This document shows, in pieces, positions 22,501-34,400 of a stretch of 37,211 bases of DNA. Both the position numbers and the translations under genes were made by a program. The notes beneath the pieces are model-generated. The model saw only the letters and a program-made list of their open reading frames with translations. It did not search any database and was not told the DNA's origin. Source of the DNA: Lenisia limosa (taxonomy: Eukaryota; Protista; Breviatea); contig LPNZ01008691.1 in assembly GCA_001655205.1 (NCBI GenBank), positions 1 through 37,211 on the forward strand, in the 5' to 3' direction. How positions within the stretch are numbered: the first letter of the stretch is position 1; each line of letters starts with the position of its first letter.

Positions 22501-24841
22501 GTAACTCAGCAACTCATTATCGCACTTCCATCACCCACCTAAAGAGCCGCGAGTGTGAATAACTGCTGGAAGGTCTCCTCTGTCCAAGTTCTCCAAAACA
22601 AGCCACATGCTCCTGGGGAGGGGGGGGGGTGACACTGAGTTTGAAAAACGTCCATACCATACATACACTACAGAAATGGCGACTTGGAGCGAAACAGACC
22701 CCCCACCAAGATTAGCTTATATATTTCTTTCATTAGTTAAAACGTAGAACCAACTTATCGGCTTTGAAGATGACTTCCTTAAGCTCCTCCAAACACGGTG
22801 TGACTTCGACAAGACTTCGCTGGATCCCTGATTCAACTGTGTGGCACCACCGCACAGCCTGAATGACGATGAAAAGACAACGGACTGATATTTAGGAACT
22901 GTCCAAAATTTCCATTGATTCAATGATTCATATCATATAACACTGGGTACTATATGTGATCTTTCTGATCCGAAAGAAATGACAAGTTCACCCTATCTCT
23001 TTTTCAATAAAGAGCCTCTGTGATGGGGCTATACAAAACTACGGTGTCACCTCATACTTTCTGCAGGTTATTGTGGACAGTGGCCAGCACGTCAAGTTGC
23101 TGAGGGGACAGTCGTGGCATGACAAGACCGTTCCGGGCTGCGGCAAAGGCATCATGCACTACAGCCTCGAGTTTACTGGACGTGTGAAGGATAAAAAAAA
23201 AAGGGCTTTCTGAAGGACAAAGCTACGCCGCCTGTGTGAGCACCCCTTTATGAAAGAATATGGTATCGATATGACCCAGAAGACAAGTTTGCTTACATGA
23301 GATGTTCGGCGTAGTCACGGATTTGAATCTGCTCTCGAGACATGAAAAAGGCCTTTTCATCAGCGTCATGGACCCATGAAAGAAAGTCTGAGGAATAAAA
23401 AAGATAATCTTTTAATATTACAGGAGGGGGGTTAAGGAGTTCCCTGCGTCCAAAGATTGCGTTAAACATTGACCGGTAACATTTTAGAGGATTTTGAAAA
23501 TGATACAGACTCTTACCAACAGTACCTACCAGCAAAGCAAGCCAGTCGCTGGAGTCTGGATATACCTTGGCTCTTGATATCCTCACCAAGGTTAACAAGC
23601 CGATGGTTCACTACTTGGTCAGAACTGTACCTCAATCCCATCATTTTAATAAAAACAGAATCGGTAATTATATTCAGTATTTCATTGTACAACTGTCAAA
23701 AAGAGACAACACCATCCCACAAAGTTGGGTATCGGAGGATGCACGGGACTGAGCTGGGTACTCACGAAATCGATCCTGGAGTGGTGAAATAATCAAGTTA
23801 AGAACTTAAAATGAATAAGGTCATGAACAAGGAAGTTGATCGGAAGATAAACTGTTAAATATGAAGAAGCATCAAACAAACAACGCAAGGTAAACGGCTA
23901 ACCGGCTGATAGGAGAGTGGTGTGGACATGTCAGGAGTTGAGGGTGGTGGTGGCGTGGGAGGAGCCAGGAGAGTCACTCTCTGCGAGAATCAGTTGGATC
24001 GGAATGACAAAGATGGTTATTCATTGTGCTGAAATAAAATGACCAAGGATAGGTGTGTCAAGGCATGAAAGAACAAACGATAAAGGATAGGTGTGGCAAG
24101 GCATGAAAGAACAAAAGGGCCATCCACCAGAGGCACATTTCTTACCTTCGGCAGGGCCTGTGCATACGAGAACGGGATGGCAAACTGGAAGCTTTCTAAA
24201 TATATGAGTGCTATGTTGTCTTAGTGGCTTGAAGAGGGAGGAGTTAGATCCTAATGCCTAATGCTGCAGCACTTTCCTGTAATATGACATCCTTCACAGA
24301 GAATACTCTGAATTTTTGGTACAAATAAGCTTTTTATTGTAATCTTTGACTCATACCGAAAGTTTCTGGGGGAGCAGACTGACGTGTGACATTGCTGTGG
24401 CATGCTAGGCAGACTGTGGTCAAGATCGGGCTGGAGCTGCGGTGTCAGATGATGACATAATGTTAGAAAATAAAGGCAACAAAAGCAGAAAAATAAAACA
24501 CAAAAATTTCTTTTCAAACCAATGAAAACAGTCAGAAAACTAAACGCTACTGAATAAGGCAGTGTGCGAATATTTAACCTTTCTTTGCTCACCTTCCTTT
24601 CTCAAACAACTTGACAATTAAACCGTCGTGGAGATGGGCGCGGCAATACTTCAAGTGGCATCTAGCGGGTCAAATACGGGTTTTTATCTACCGGCAAAAC
24701 ATAGAAGACTCTTGGTAATACGCAGAGAGCGTGTACTTACTTTGCACAGACCGAACTTTCGCTTAAGAATGCCGTTAGAACAATGCAACATGTCCGATAT
24801 GAACATATATTGTTCGAAATGACCTTCTTTGCCTTTCCCAT
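16593..24841 (-). CDS. VPS9-domain Rab5-type GEF with an N-terminal cross-brace zinc finger and a long Ser/Pro-rich C-terminal region (could be two genes split at the 19247-19353 gap)
   Basis: ATG at 24841, MGKAKKVISNNICSYRTCC...VCAK/CHLKYCRAHL...TVCLACH. VPS9 exons at 19354-20230 give GLNKAESPWQMLRVF and TADVILPCFVYIVLHSCLSSPHHVGL/YTEHVLRYSSSEDRTGQEG/YALATFEAAITHIL. Downstream low-complexity exons (e.g. ORF 18233-18979) end ...FASIQDWDHIKSDF* at 16593. Confidence 0.75.
24045..24115. repeat. 33-bp direct repeat x2 (38-bp period), intronic
   Basis: AAGGATAGGTGTG(T/G)CAAGGCATGAAAGAACAAA at 24045-24077 and 24083-24115. Confidence 0.9.
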
Positions 24842-25062
24842 GGCAACAGCGCAAAATCTTAACTACAGCCAACCGCGCCTTCTCATACCTAATCCTTAAA
24901 ATGAATATATATAAAAATATAACACCTTTTCCCCCCCTTTTCAATGTAAATTGAGCGGAATCCTCATTTTTTTATCACCTTAAGTTTCCCGCGGCCGCAA
25001 CTAACTCTTCTCCAAATTTTTACAAACTGCCTCCTCTCTTCATCTCTTCTCTATAGATCAAT

Positions 25063-26931
25063 ATGATATCCCCTTCATCAAGTTTTGAGGCGGGGAACGT
25101 TGATATTCCTTCTTTTGCTCCCTTTGAAGAATGGGCAGAACCTTTTGTGTAAGCTTCTTCTGCCCTTGCTTCTCACGCTTTAGCCTTCACGAGTGGGTGT
25201 TTCTCCCAATTCTTGGTTTTATGTTTGTCATCGGCGTTGGGCGCCACTTCCTGACAAAGATCTTGAGCCCCAAGAAAAAGCCTGAGTTCCTCTTCCTCAA
25301 AGCAAAGTACGAAGCTTTCATGCTCACATTTCAGCAACATGGTGACAAGAAGCCGGATTTTCCGTCAAAATGGTCTGTTTCTGTCGGCGGAGTCATTTCT
25401 CTCCAAAAAGGTCCACCTTGGCCACCCTGACTCTGGAGCGTTGACCCTGGTTGGCTTGCAGTATTGATCAAACAAAGCCCAAATACAACACTGGAAATAT
25501 GTAGAACTTTATGGGGCATATTATCATGGATATGTTGTTTTTATGGAATAAGAGAAATGTATCTTTATCATAGTCAAACAGTTCATTTACATAATACATA
25601 TCATATGGTACAACATATGACATATGATAATATACTAGTTATTAGAGTATTCGAGACTGGGTATATTCAATGCTCGGTAAAGTTCTACCTCATGAGACGG
25701 CTCTTGTGATATAGGGATTAAAACACTGCGTGGGTATTCAGCATAGTGTAATTAAACCGCGCTCCATGATTATCTATGCGATATGAAGTCGTTAATACAG
25801 CAGGTTGAAGCTCCTCCCCCAATGAATCCAATGGACTCGTCGATGATGCAAAGTGGGAGCCTTTTTAACTTTTGTTTGGTCTCTAAAGACAATTCCCGTA
25901 ATCCTGTTGTTGTGACGCTTCAGATATGGTCACTCAGCAAATGACTGGTGTTCTTCCTCAAATCATCCAGTTCACTGTTATTTCTCAAGTGTTTGGAGGC
26001 GCTGTTGTGTGTATGTGGGATTTACAAAAGTTATACTAGTCCTCAATATTCTCTTTGCATTCAAAACAAATAACTTTAATTGTTATTCTTCAAAAACCAC
26101 ACGCAGTGTAACACCAGCTATTAGAAAATGGTCGGGTTAGACGTATGATTATCATATTTCTCACATCCACCAGTGCGTTTGCCTTTCCCGGTTATCGAGT
26201 CATTCAGGCCCATGTTACAAAGGGGCCTGGTTATTCCAGATCTCGAAGCCAGGTTTGTGCTGGGTTGGCTATTTTGACAACTGAGAGTTTCGCTAACCAT
26301 CTGCTCCCCAAAGTTTTACTCAAATATGTTACTTTCCAAAATGATTCCTTTTCCTGTGCCCCCCCCCCCCATTCGTCTGTATTGTTGCTCGCTCGTTTCA
26401 ATAAAAAGTCACCCCAAACAGCTACGTTACTTCCTTATCCTGGTATATTCTCTGCCTTTTCGGTCTTCGAGGTGTATACACTGTTCTCTTCGGCTCAGGC
26501 TCAGGTATGTCAGCAAGGATTAATAGAGATTCTGAACAATTTCTGATGCAAAGCTTGGGTCTTTAAACATATTGGTTTAATCTCTTGGAAACTGTGAAAA
26601 TAGAAGGCATTGTTGTGAGTTAACCATCAGGTGCGGACCAGTCGGAAGCTATGGCTAAAATGGCACAGTCTCCAATGGGTCCCCAAGGAGGTACGCATGA
26701 CCATTTTTAGCGCGATTATGTGGATGGCTTCGGCCTGTTTGAGACTTTTAATGTCTCATTTTTGCATCAATTATGATATGTTAAACCGAGATATAACATC
26801 TGGCGCTTGTTGGTTATTGTTCTGACTGCTTAGTTGATCTCACGAAGGTGGCCAAGAGTGAAAGAGAGAATATTCACATTGCAAAGCAGGAGGTCAACAT
26901 CACTGATTGGTGTTTGAGTAGACTGAAATAG
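25063..26931 (+). CDS. EMC3: ER membrane protein complex subunit 3 (start approximate)
   Basis: LHEWVFLPILGFMFVIGVGRHFL, NMVTRSRIFRQNGLFLSAESFLSKK, PPPMNPMDSSMMQNMVTQQMTGVLPQ, LRLPFPVIESFRPMLQRGL...DLEASYVTSLSWYILCLFGLRGVY. TAG at 26929-26931. Confidence 0.93.
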
Positions 26932-27043
26932 AATTTTTATTAGGATTTGGGTTTTGGTCACTTTATTTATTATACTCAAGATGAAAGTTATCAGTCAAAT
27001 GTAGGAGTAGCAACATATAAATAAAACCATTAAAAGCCGTTAA

Positions 27044-30000
27044 TTATTGATCCTTCTGGGCCTGTAACATAGCCTTAGTTTGGGAAATCCACTTTCGTTC
27101 AGAGACGTACACAACAAAGCCCATTGCGGAGACGAGTACTCCACCCTATTTGTCATAATTCATGTTGGTATCCACCTACAACGACGATATGAATCCCAGC
27201 GTTTTGCACTCCAAGACTCGGGTCGAAAACTTGTCGGCTCATCATTGTTGTGCCTGGAGTAGTCAATGTCATATTATAAATATCATATCATATATTATAT
27301 CATGTAGACAATATAATGAAACAAACAAACAAAAAAACGCAGTATTCACAAAGTTTTGTGATGATTTTCACCATTGTGAATATAATAAAATACACCAACC
27401 AAGACAAAGGAGCGCGAAGCCGATTGATGGAAGTCCAGGTAAAGTGTTCCACCAGTTGAATTGGATCTACATTGTAACATCGAGATAACATCGATTTGTT
27501 ATTGGTATTCTCGATAAAAACCTCTCGTTTTTTTTGTGTATAATTGCAACAAGATGCTACTACATCAAGACGCCACAACTTACAGGTTTCATTTGGAAGA
27601 TGATGACGATTGACGGTATCATTGAAAGAGACATGACTAAATTATATGAGTGGAAATTACCTGAGAGAATATTATAATATCATATCATAATATATAATAT
27701 GTATGAGTAAAACGCCCCTAATTGAGAATGGAGGGAGTTGAGCGCCAAAGCCTCCTACCGAATACATTAAGAAGCACTAGGCCTGGCGCTCCCCACTGTT
27801 GAATAATCGGGATGCCTGAATATCAATAACGAGAACATAAAAAGAGAAATTCAATCTACTTGCAGTATCCTCAGATCTAGCAACTACATGACTCTCTCCA
27901 TGCTTGCCCAGCATACCAACAATACTTGCTGAAATACCAAGAATTACTTTGATAATCGATCGAGTTGTCAGAGCTGAAGTTGATGCAATTGAGAGAACAA
28001 AAGATTCAGCGATACCTGCAATTTTACTTCGGATTGCCAAGGTTGTGCCAATATCCTTTAATTTGAATGACATTTATTAAGCATATACTATGCTATGTAT
28101 ATATGATATCTGAAAACCCCAGTTTTATTAACACTAAAGCTTGACAGGCTGTTAGAAATTCTCGTTCAAAGATATGTCGCCAGCCTTTTGACTAAAGTGA
28201 AGCCCTTCTCACCGTTTATGGCACAAGTGCCAATATAGAGGGAATACGCCATGAGAGCAGCTGGTGCAGTGCCTGTGGGATAAACATGCAAACATGGGGA
28301 TTACCTGACGACCACCTCTCGCCACCAAGAAGATGGACAACAGTCCATGAATATGCCGGGGCAAACGTACAGGCAAACAGTCCTGAATGTTAAGGAAGAC
28401 GGATCAAATTGCAAACCGAGGAAGAGCATTAGCTTGAGCATTAACTCCAAAAGTCCCACTGATTTCTATCAGGTTAGTTGTGCCTTTGAAAATGGAATGA
28501 CAAAGTCGAAATATTACTGATTTATCTGAAGACCTTCAGGGACCAAACCTCATGACTTGATGGTGACCTAAGTAATGAGAAATGAAACAGATTGGCATGA
28601 ACATGGTTGAAGCAAGGGCATCAAAGAACCCACTGAGAACGCAGGAGGCTGAAAGCATTAAAGGCGGTTTCTTCTATCGGTTGCAGACCAAAGCGGGCGA
28701 CTATTGAACCTACACAAGAATATAATACACAAGATAAGATATATTATCATCTAGCTACTATATTTTATCATAGTATTAGTAATTTTGGTGTATGTGCACA
28801 TCAAACCTAAGTTGGTTGCATAAGCAAAAACGCCGGCTTCAGCAAGGTACTGTGACCCTAAAGCAGCCAATGCTAGTTTCTCGCCCTCAGCCAGAAGGAA
28901 CTTTTCTAAACTGTTAATGTATGTATATATTGTTTAATATTGTGTTTTTAGCAAACACGTCCTATTAATAAGAGAACAGAAAAAAAAGCTGGTTTTGTGG
29001 ACTTCGAAATAAAAGCTCCTGTGCAGTACTTTGGGATACATGAATGGAAAGAGCTCAATTATATGACTCACCACTTGCTTGCAGAACAAAAGCCATTGTC
29101 TGGGGAAACAGTCCGGGTTTGAAGTAATCCACTGCACCACCAGGAGGTTTCGCAAATAGTTCAATAGAACCTGAGAAGGAATGATATGTTGACACATATC
29201 CACTAGTGATATGATCATATGTCTGACTTTCAAGTCTACAGGATACATGGCAAGCAGTTAATACATCATAAATATGGGATAATCCTTGTTTATCAAAAAG
29301 CACCATATAAACCCACCAGTTTTGAAGCAAGACACCCAAAGCACGAGGGTACTCAGCCACCCTGCAGCCAACTCTCCAATGGCAAAAGCTGTGACAGGGT
29401 TGAAGAGGGCTGAAAGACCCTGCATCTCCAACCATTCAAGCGTCCCAGTAACTCTAGAGTGTCATTGGATGCCCAAAGATGTAAAAGATTGCAAAACCAC
29501 CGGTGATAAAGCTGTCAGTTTACCTTGGAGCTATGACAAACATCAGAATCGCGCCAGCACGACTGAACACAAATACACCAGAAGAGAACACTCTAAAATG
29601 TCATAACGAGGCTCGTGCTTTCCTTCCAATTATTTATCGCGCGTGATGCACAGTGAAGTAAAAAGGCTAATGTTGGAGTATCGGAATAGACAACTTTATC
29701 AATGATGGGTAGGTCCCACCTTTCTTTGTACATTTGTTTTTGCAGAATGGCCAGGAGTGCTGGTTCAGCCAGAGCCTCACCCAATCCTCCAAGACCTGTG
29801 GAATAAGAGGATATTCTTCGGCAAATTTGAAGATGGGGGGTCTCACGAAATATGAGAATTATTACTGATTTTTGGTATTTTACAACACGATATATAGTAT
29901 ATCGATATGCATATGATATACTACATATGATATATTAAATGATACTATTAAGCATTGCTCCGAAAAAGTTGAGTATCAATATTGATCGAATTGAAAAAAA

Positions 30001-30932
30001 AAAAAATCGTTAAAGGGATCAAAGTAGTCAAATATAGATATCTACACATACCCGCCATGAGGACACACGATAAGGTTGAAATCGGGGAAAGATTTGTTGC
30101 TTCCATTATTTCGCCTCCAATCTAAACTATCAACAAAGGAAACAAAAAAAAAAAGAGACCTTACCTNNNNNNNNNNNNNNNNNNNNNNNNNNNNNNNNNN
30201 NNNNNNNNNNNNNNNNNNNNNNNNNNNNNNNNNNNNNNNNNNNNNNNNNNNNNNNNNNNNNNNNNNNNNNNNNNNNNNNNNNNNNNNNNNNNACACCCAT
30301 GTCACATTCATGACCTAGATAATAACGAAAATGGCTCAGTGTTTATGTTAACAGAAAGAGAAATCAAACAAATCACTGGGCGGTATAAATCAAGTATATT
30401 AGGAAACCAAACCTGTTGCCTCCCGATAGCAGCAGAGGCGTTATAAGCTCTTGACAGCCCTCTATGTACGCCCTCCTTAATGAGGTAGGTGGACGCCGCT
30501 ACAACAAGACCCAAGTGAACCTGGTGGAAGAATGAGAAAAAAGAGTGAACCTTTTATAATGTTTCATATTTCTTACGGGCTGATAGGTGTGAGGAACCGA
30601 ACAGATCAATATATATCGAGGAAAGTCATTGAAGAGCGTCACCCTCAAACCTGTCCAAGACCATACTCCTCTGGTGAGACAAAACGCAAAGAAAACTGTT
30701 GAACACCAAATGTGAAGAAGCGGGACAGAATTTGCCAAACTATTTAGGGGAAAGGGTAAATTGAATCAGATCAACAGCTAGTCCGTCAAAATAAAGATAT
30801 ATAGTGAGTGCTTATATGGATAGAACAAAGATGAACAATATGGACTGAATTCCCATTTTTCTAAACAATCCGCATACCGACAAGCCAGGCAGCGCCGAAG
30901 GCCGCGTTCTTGACAACCTCATTTTCCGCCAT
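27044..30932 (-). CDS. RFT1: RFT1, Man5GlcNAc2-PP-dolichol translocation protein
   Basis: MAENEVVKNAAFGAAWLV/VWQILSRFFTFGVQQFSLRFVSPEEYG; FLLAEGEKLALAAL...GVFAYATNL/GSIVARFGLQPIEE; TFAPAYSWTVVHLLGGERWS; AING/IAESFV. C-terminus YVSERKWISQTKAMLQAQKDQ* (TAA at 27044-27046). Confidence 0.93.
29185..29236. repeat. Dispersed 52-bp intronic repeat, copy A (RFT1 intron)
   Basis: 47/52 identical to 32199-32250. Confidence 0.85.
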
Positions 30933-31410
30933 GTTGAAGAGGTGTGGTGAGGGGGGGAGGGTGCTTAGTTCATATCTCACTTTCTGTGTGTACGTCCAAG
31001 GCTGTTTGGTGGCTCTTCTAGAAAACTTCCAGAGGGTGTCAAGGGGGATTGTGAGAAAAAATAGAAGAGGAGGAGTGGTCTGTTTTTTGTTCAGTTTTTT
31101 TTTGTTTTTGTTTNNNNNNNNNNNNNNNNNNNNNNNNNNNNNNNNNNNNNNNNNNNNNNNNNNNNNNNNNNNNNNNNNNNNNNNNNNNNNNNNNNNNNNN
31201 NNNNNNNNNNNNNNNNNNNNNNNNNNNNNNNNNNNNNNNNNNNNNNNNNNNNNNNNNNNNNNNNNNNNNNNGGCATTGAATTTTGAAAATACAAATACAA
31301 ATATATTACATCATACCATACACCAAACACAAATCAGAATGAAACATGAAGAAGAAATACAACTAATAATATACAAATAACCATCACCATCACCATAGAT
31401 AGATGTCACA

Positions 31411-34400
31411 TTAGTTATAGAGGGACTTGGTAACTTCAGTATGAGTTGGTGTTTTGAGAGAGACGGCAGCATTCAGTGAGATGCCGTCTTCGGCAAAGAA
31501 GCTGTTAGCCACATCAAAGAGAACAATTCGATTATCGTCAGCCACTGTGAGGAGGTCTCGAGAAGGCGAAACTAGAACCATGTTAGTAAGTAGATGGGGG
31601 AAATAGGATTTTGAGAAATTTGCTTTTGGTCCAGAGAGCAGAAGGAAACGCCCATAATATGCCTCACTCATAATATGCCTCACTCTGAAACGACCATAAT
31701 ATGCCCACTCTGCCTCACTCTGAAACGACCAGAGGTTCACAGCTAAGCAACGGTGGCGAAGCCGAGGAGTTAGTACAGAGTGATATGCCCCCAAAAGAAA
31801 CAAAACGCCTAAATATGCGCCACGCACTCGCCAGCTCGGAAATTGGCGTGTCAAACGCTGACGTCACGGAACCAATAGCGGGGTTTCCTTGTGAAACATC
31901 CCAGAAGCGAACAACTGTGTCGTCTCCACCTACCTCGTTACAAAATAAAAAAGGTGGGTTTCGTGGAACATGAAACCGCATCACATCACAAATACACTTG
32001 AATGCTTGTCTTGAACCCCCCACCGGTGACGAGTTTGGTTGTAGACATCCAGACACCCGCATACACACCACTTGTCTCGGTAAGGGGATTGGTGCCTGTT
32101 GGATAGGGTAGAGCAATTGGGGTGTTTTTTTTGTTTTTTTTTATAACAGAATGTATCTTAATACTAAAAAATCCAGAACAAGAAGGATCCAGTTTGTATA
32201 TGTTAACCCATATCCACTAGTGATATGATCATATGACCGACTTTCGAGTCGAATGATGAACGAAGATAATACGAGGGTTCATCCCGAGTGTATCAAAGTA
32301 TCTTATAATACGAGTAGATATGAGGTATCATATCACTGCATGGAAAATGATAGCACGTGTGAAAATTATCAAAAAAGTGATATGATGGGTCAGTTTAACA
32401 TTTTGCCCAGTCGTCTAACATGAAGAATATCTGAGAAGGAGCTTACAAGGGTCGTGTGCAAGCACCGCGAGAGGTCGATTGTGGAACCGAAGGTCAAAGA
32501 TAAACGCAGCGTTTGCAGCAGTGCCGACAGAAACATATCGGTCGTTGGGACTACACAGTCATACACATTCCACAATATCATGTGTAGAAATATGATAAAC
32601 TCAATATCTGGCCAATTCATCTCATATATCATTAGTATGATAGTGGATGGCTGACCCATTCAATAACTCATTTACATAAAAGTAACACGTCCTACCTCCA
32701 ATTAACGGTGTGGGTGTCCGGGGATCGAGAAGGCAGGTCGAAGTCGAACGTAGATGTCACGCCCATTCGGAAGTCAATTACTGACATCTGATGGTGAAAT
32801 CTCGTTAGTCATATCGTACGGGAGAGCAAATTGCAAAAATAATACATCCTATTCCTCTTTCTGGAGAAAGAATGACTGTAATTGAAACAAAAAAAAATCC
32901 AGGTTATTTTCTCATTCATCATGACGTCACCAGAACATACCGGTCCTTTTTCGGCCCCGACAGCTAAAAGCCCTCCGTCATTGCTCGGAGCACAACACCC
33001 CACATTCGGGGTGCCGTCACTGATGAACTGAACATACTCACAACAGGTTGAGACGTCGAAGATTTTTAGCTAGAGTTTATTAGGGAAAGTTAGGACGCCT
33101 ACCAATCCGCCCTTGTGAATGCCGTTTTTCGGTGAGTCCATGCAACATGCAAGATATTCCGATCGCTTGAGGGTAGGGTAAATAAGTAAACTTGAAATAA
33201 CAGCATTGGCTTAGTAAAAAGAACTTTTTCAGAGAATATGCATATGCCCCTCTCACTTGTCCGCAGAATTGAGCCTCATGAACTGGGGGGGCAAGANNNN
33301 NNNNNNNNNNNNNNNNNNNNNNNNNNNNNNNNNNNNNNNNNNNNNNNNNNNNNNNNNNNNNNNNNNNNNNNNNNNNNNNNNNNNNNNNNNNNNNACTCAA
33401 GCCTTTCGGTACTTACTTTGGGATATTAACCCGGCATTCTCCAGTGACCAAATCAGAATTTGCAGGGTCTGAAGGAAGCCTATGAATGTAGATCTGCCTG
33501 AAGAGGGTTATAAACGTGGTAAATGTATGTTGTGAAGGCATCAAAAAAACCGCAGCTTCCTCACAGATTGGAAGAAGAACAAACCCACTGACCCTTTAGC
33601 ATCGCAGGTTGAGAAGAGTGACGGATCTGAAGGATGAACAGCAAGATCACTGATCACCGTTTCATGCCATGTGCCTGGATAGTAAAGTTTGTTAAGTATT
33701 ATTACACTGTAAATTCTCGATAAATCCTCTTTTTCATCAGGTCTTTTTAAACCCTTGTCCACCCAGGCTCACCATTTTCATTACTGTTCGAGTTGTACTG
33801 CCGGATGAGAGACGGAAAGTTTGGATCTGTTATGGTTTCGGCATTCCAGAGCTATACGAGAGGAGTAAAAGGGATGGAGGAAAAAAAAATGCAAACAAAA
33901 ATAAATCAGGGAATTATTTATATCACAAGTATCAAATAATGGAACAAAAGAAAGGTAGCCCATATTCAATCCAGTCTAACAGATATTGAGCTCCCGGCAG
34001 CAGCCAAAACATGTTTTCTGTCTTGTGTGATACGAATGGACCTCACGGCATCAGGCGAAATGTGGTGGGCTGCGGGTTATCAAATGGGGGACGGACTTCA
34101 CATCAGGGAAAAAAGAAGTAAAATATTGATAGTTTCCAGAATTATTCAAGAATGCCTTCTTTTAGGAAATGAAAGTGTCAATGGATTTATTGCTTACTTA
34201 AGGTGGGTACTCTACGCTGTGATGTGGCTCTCGTTAGCGGCGAACAGTCCATGGCTACAACTTTGGAGTCTTCTGTTTCATTTGCAGCAATTTCACCAAA
34301 AATGACCACAGGCCTGCAGGAATCAACTTTTTACACAATCTAATCCATCTGCATAACAGATCATAGAATATAATTTATTACAAGTAGAGAATATGATATG

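Noticed and set aside
31652-31730. CRISPR-like repeat-spacer array
   Set aside because: Eukaryotic intron, no unique spacers of constant length and no cas genes.
32270-32310. AATACGAG repeated, resembling a mariner TA-CGAGGG end
   Set aside because: No matching inverted end found nearby.
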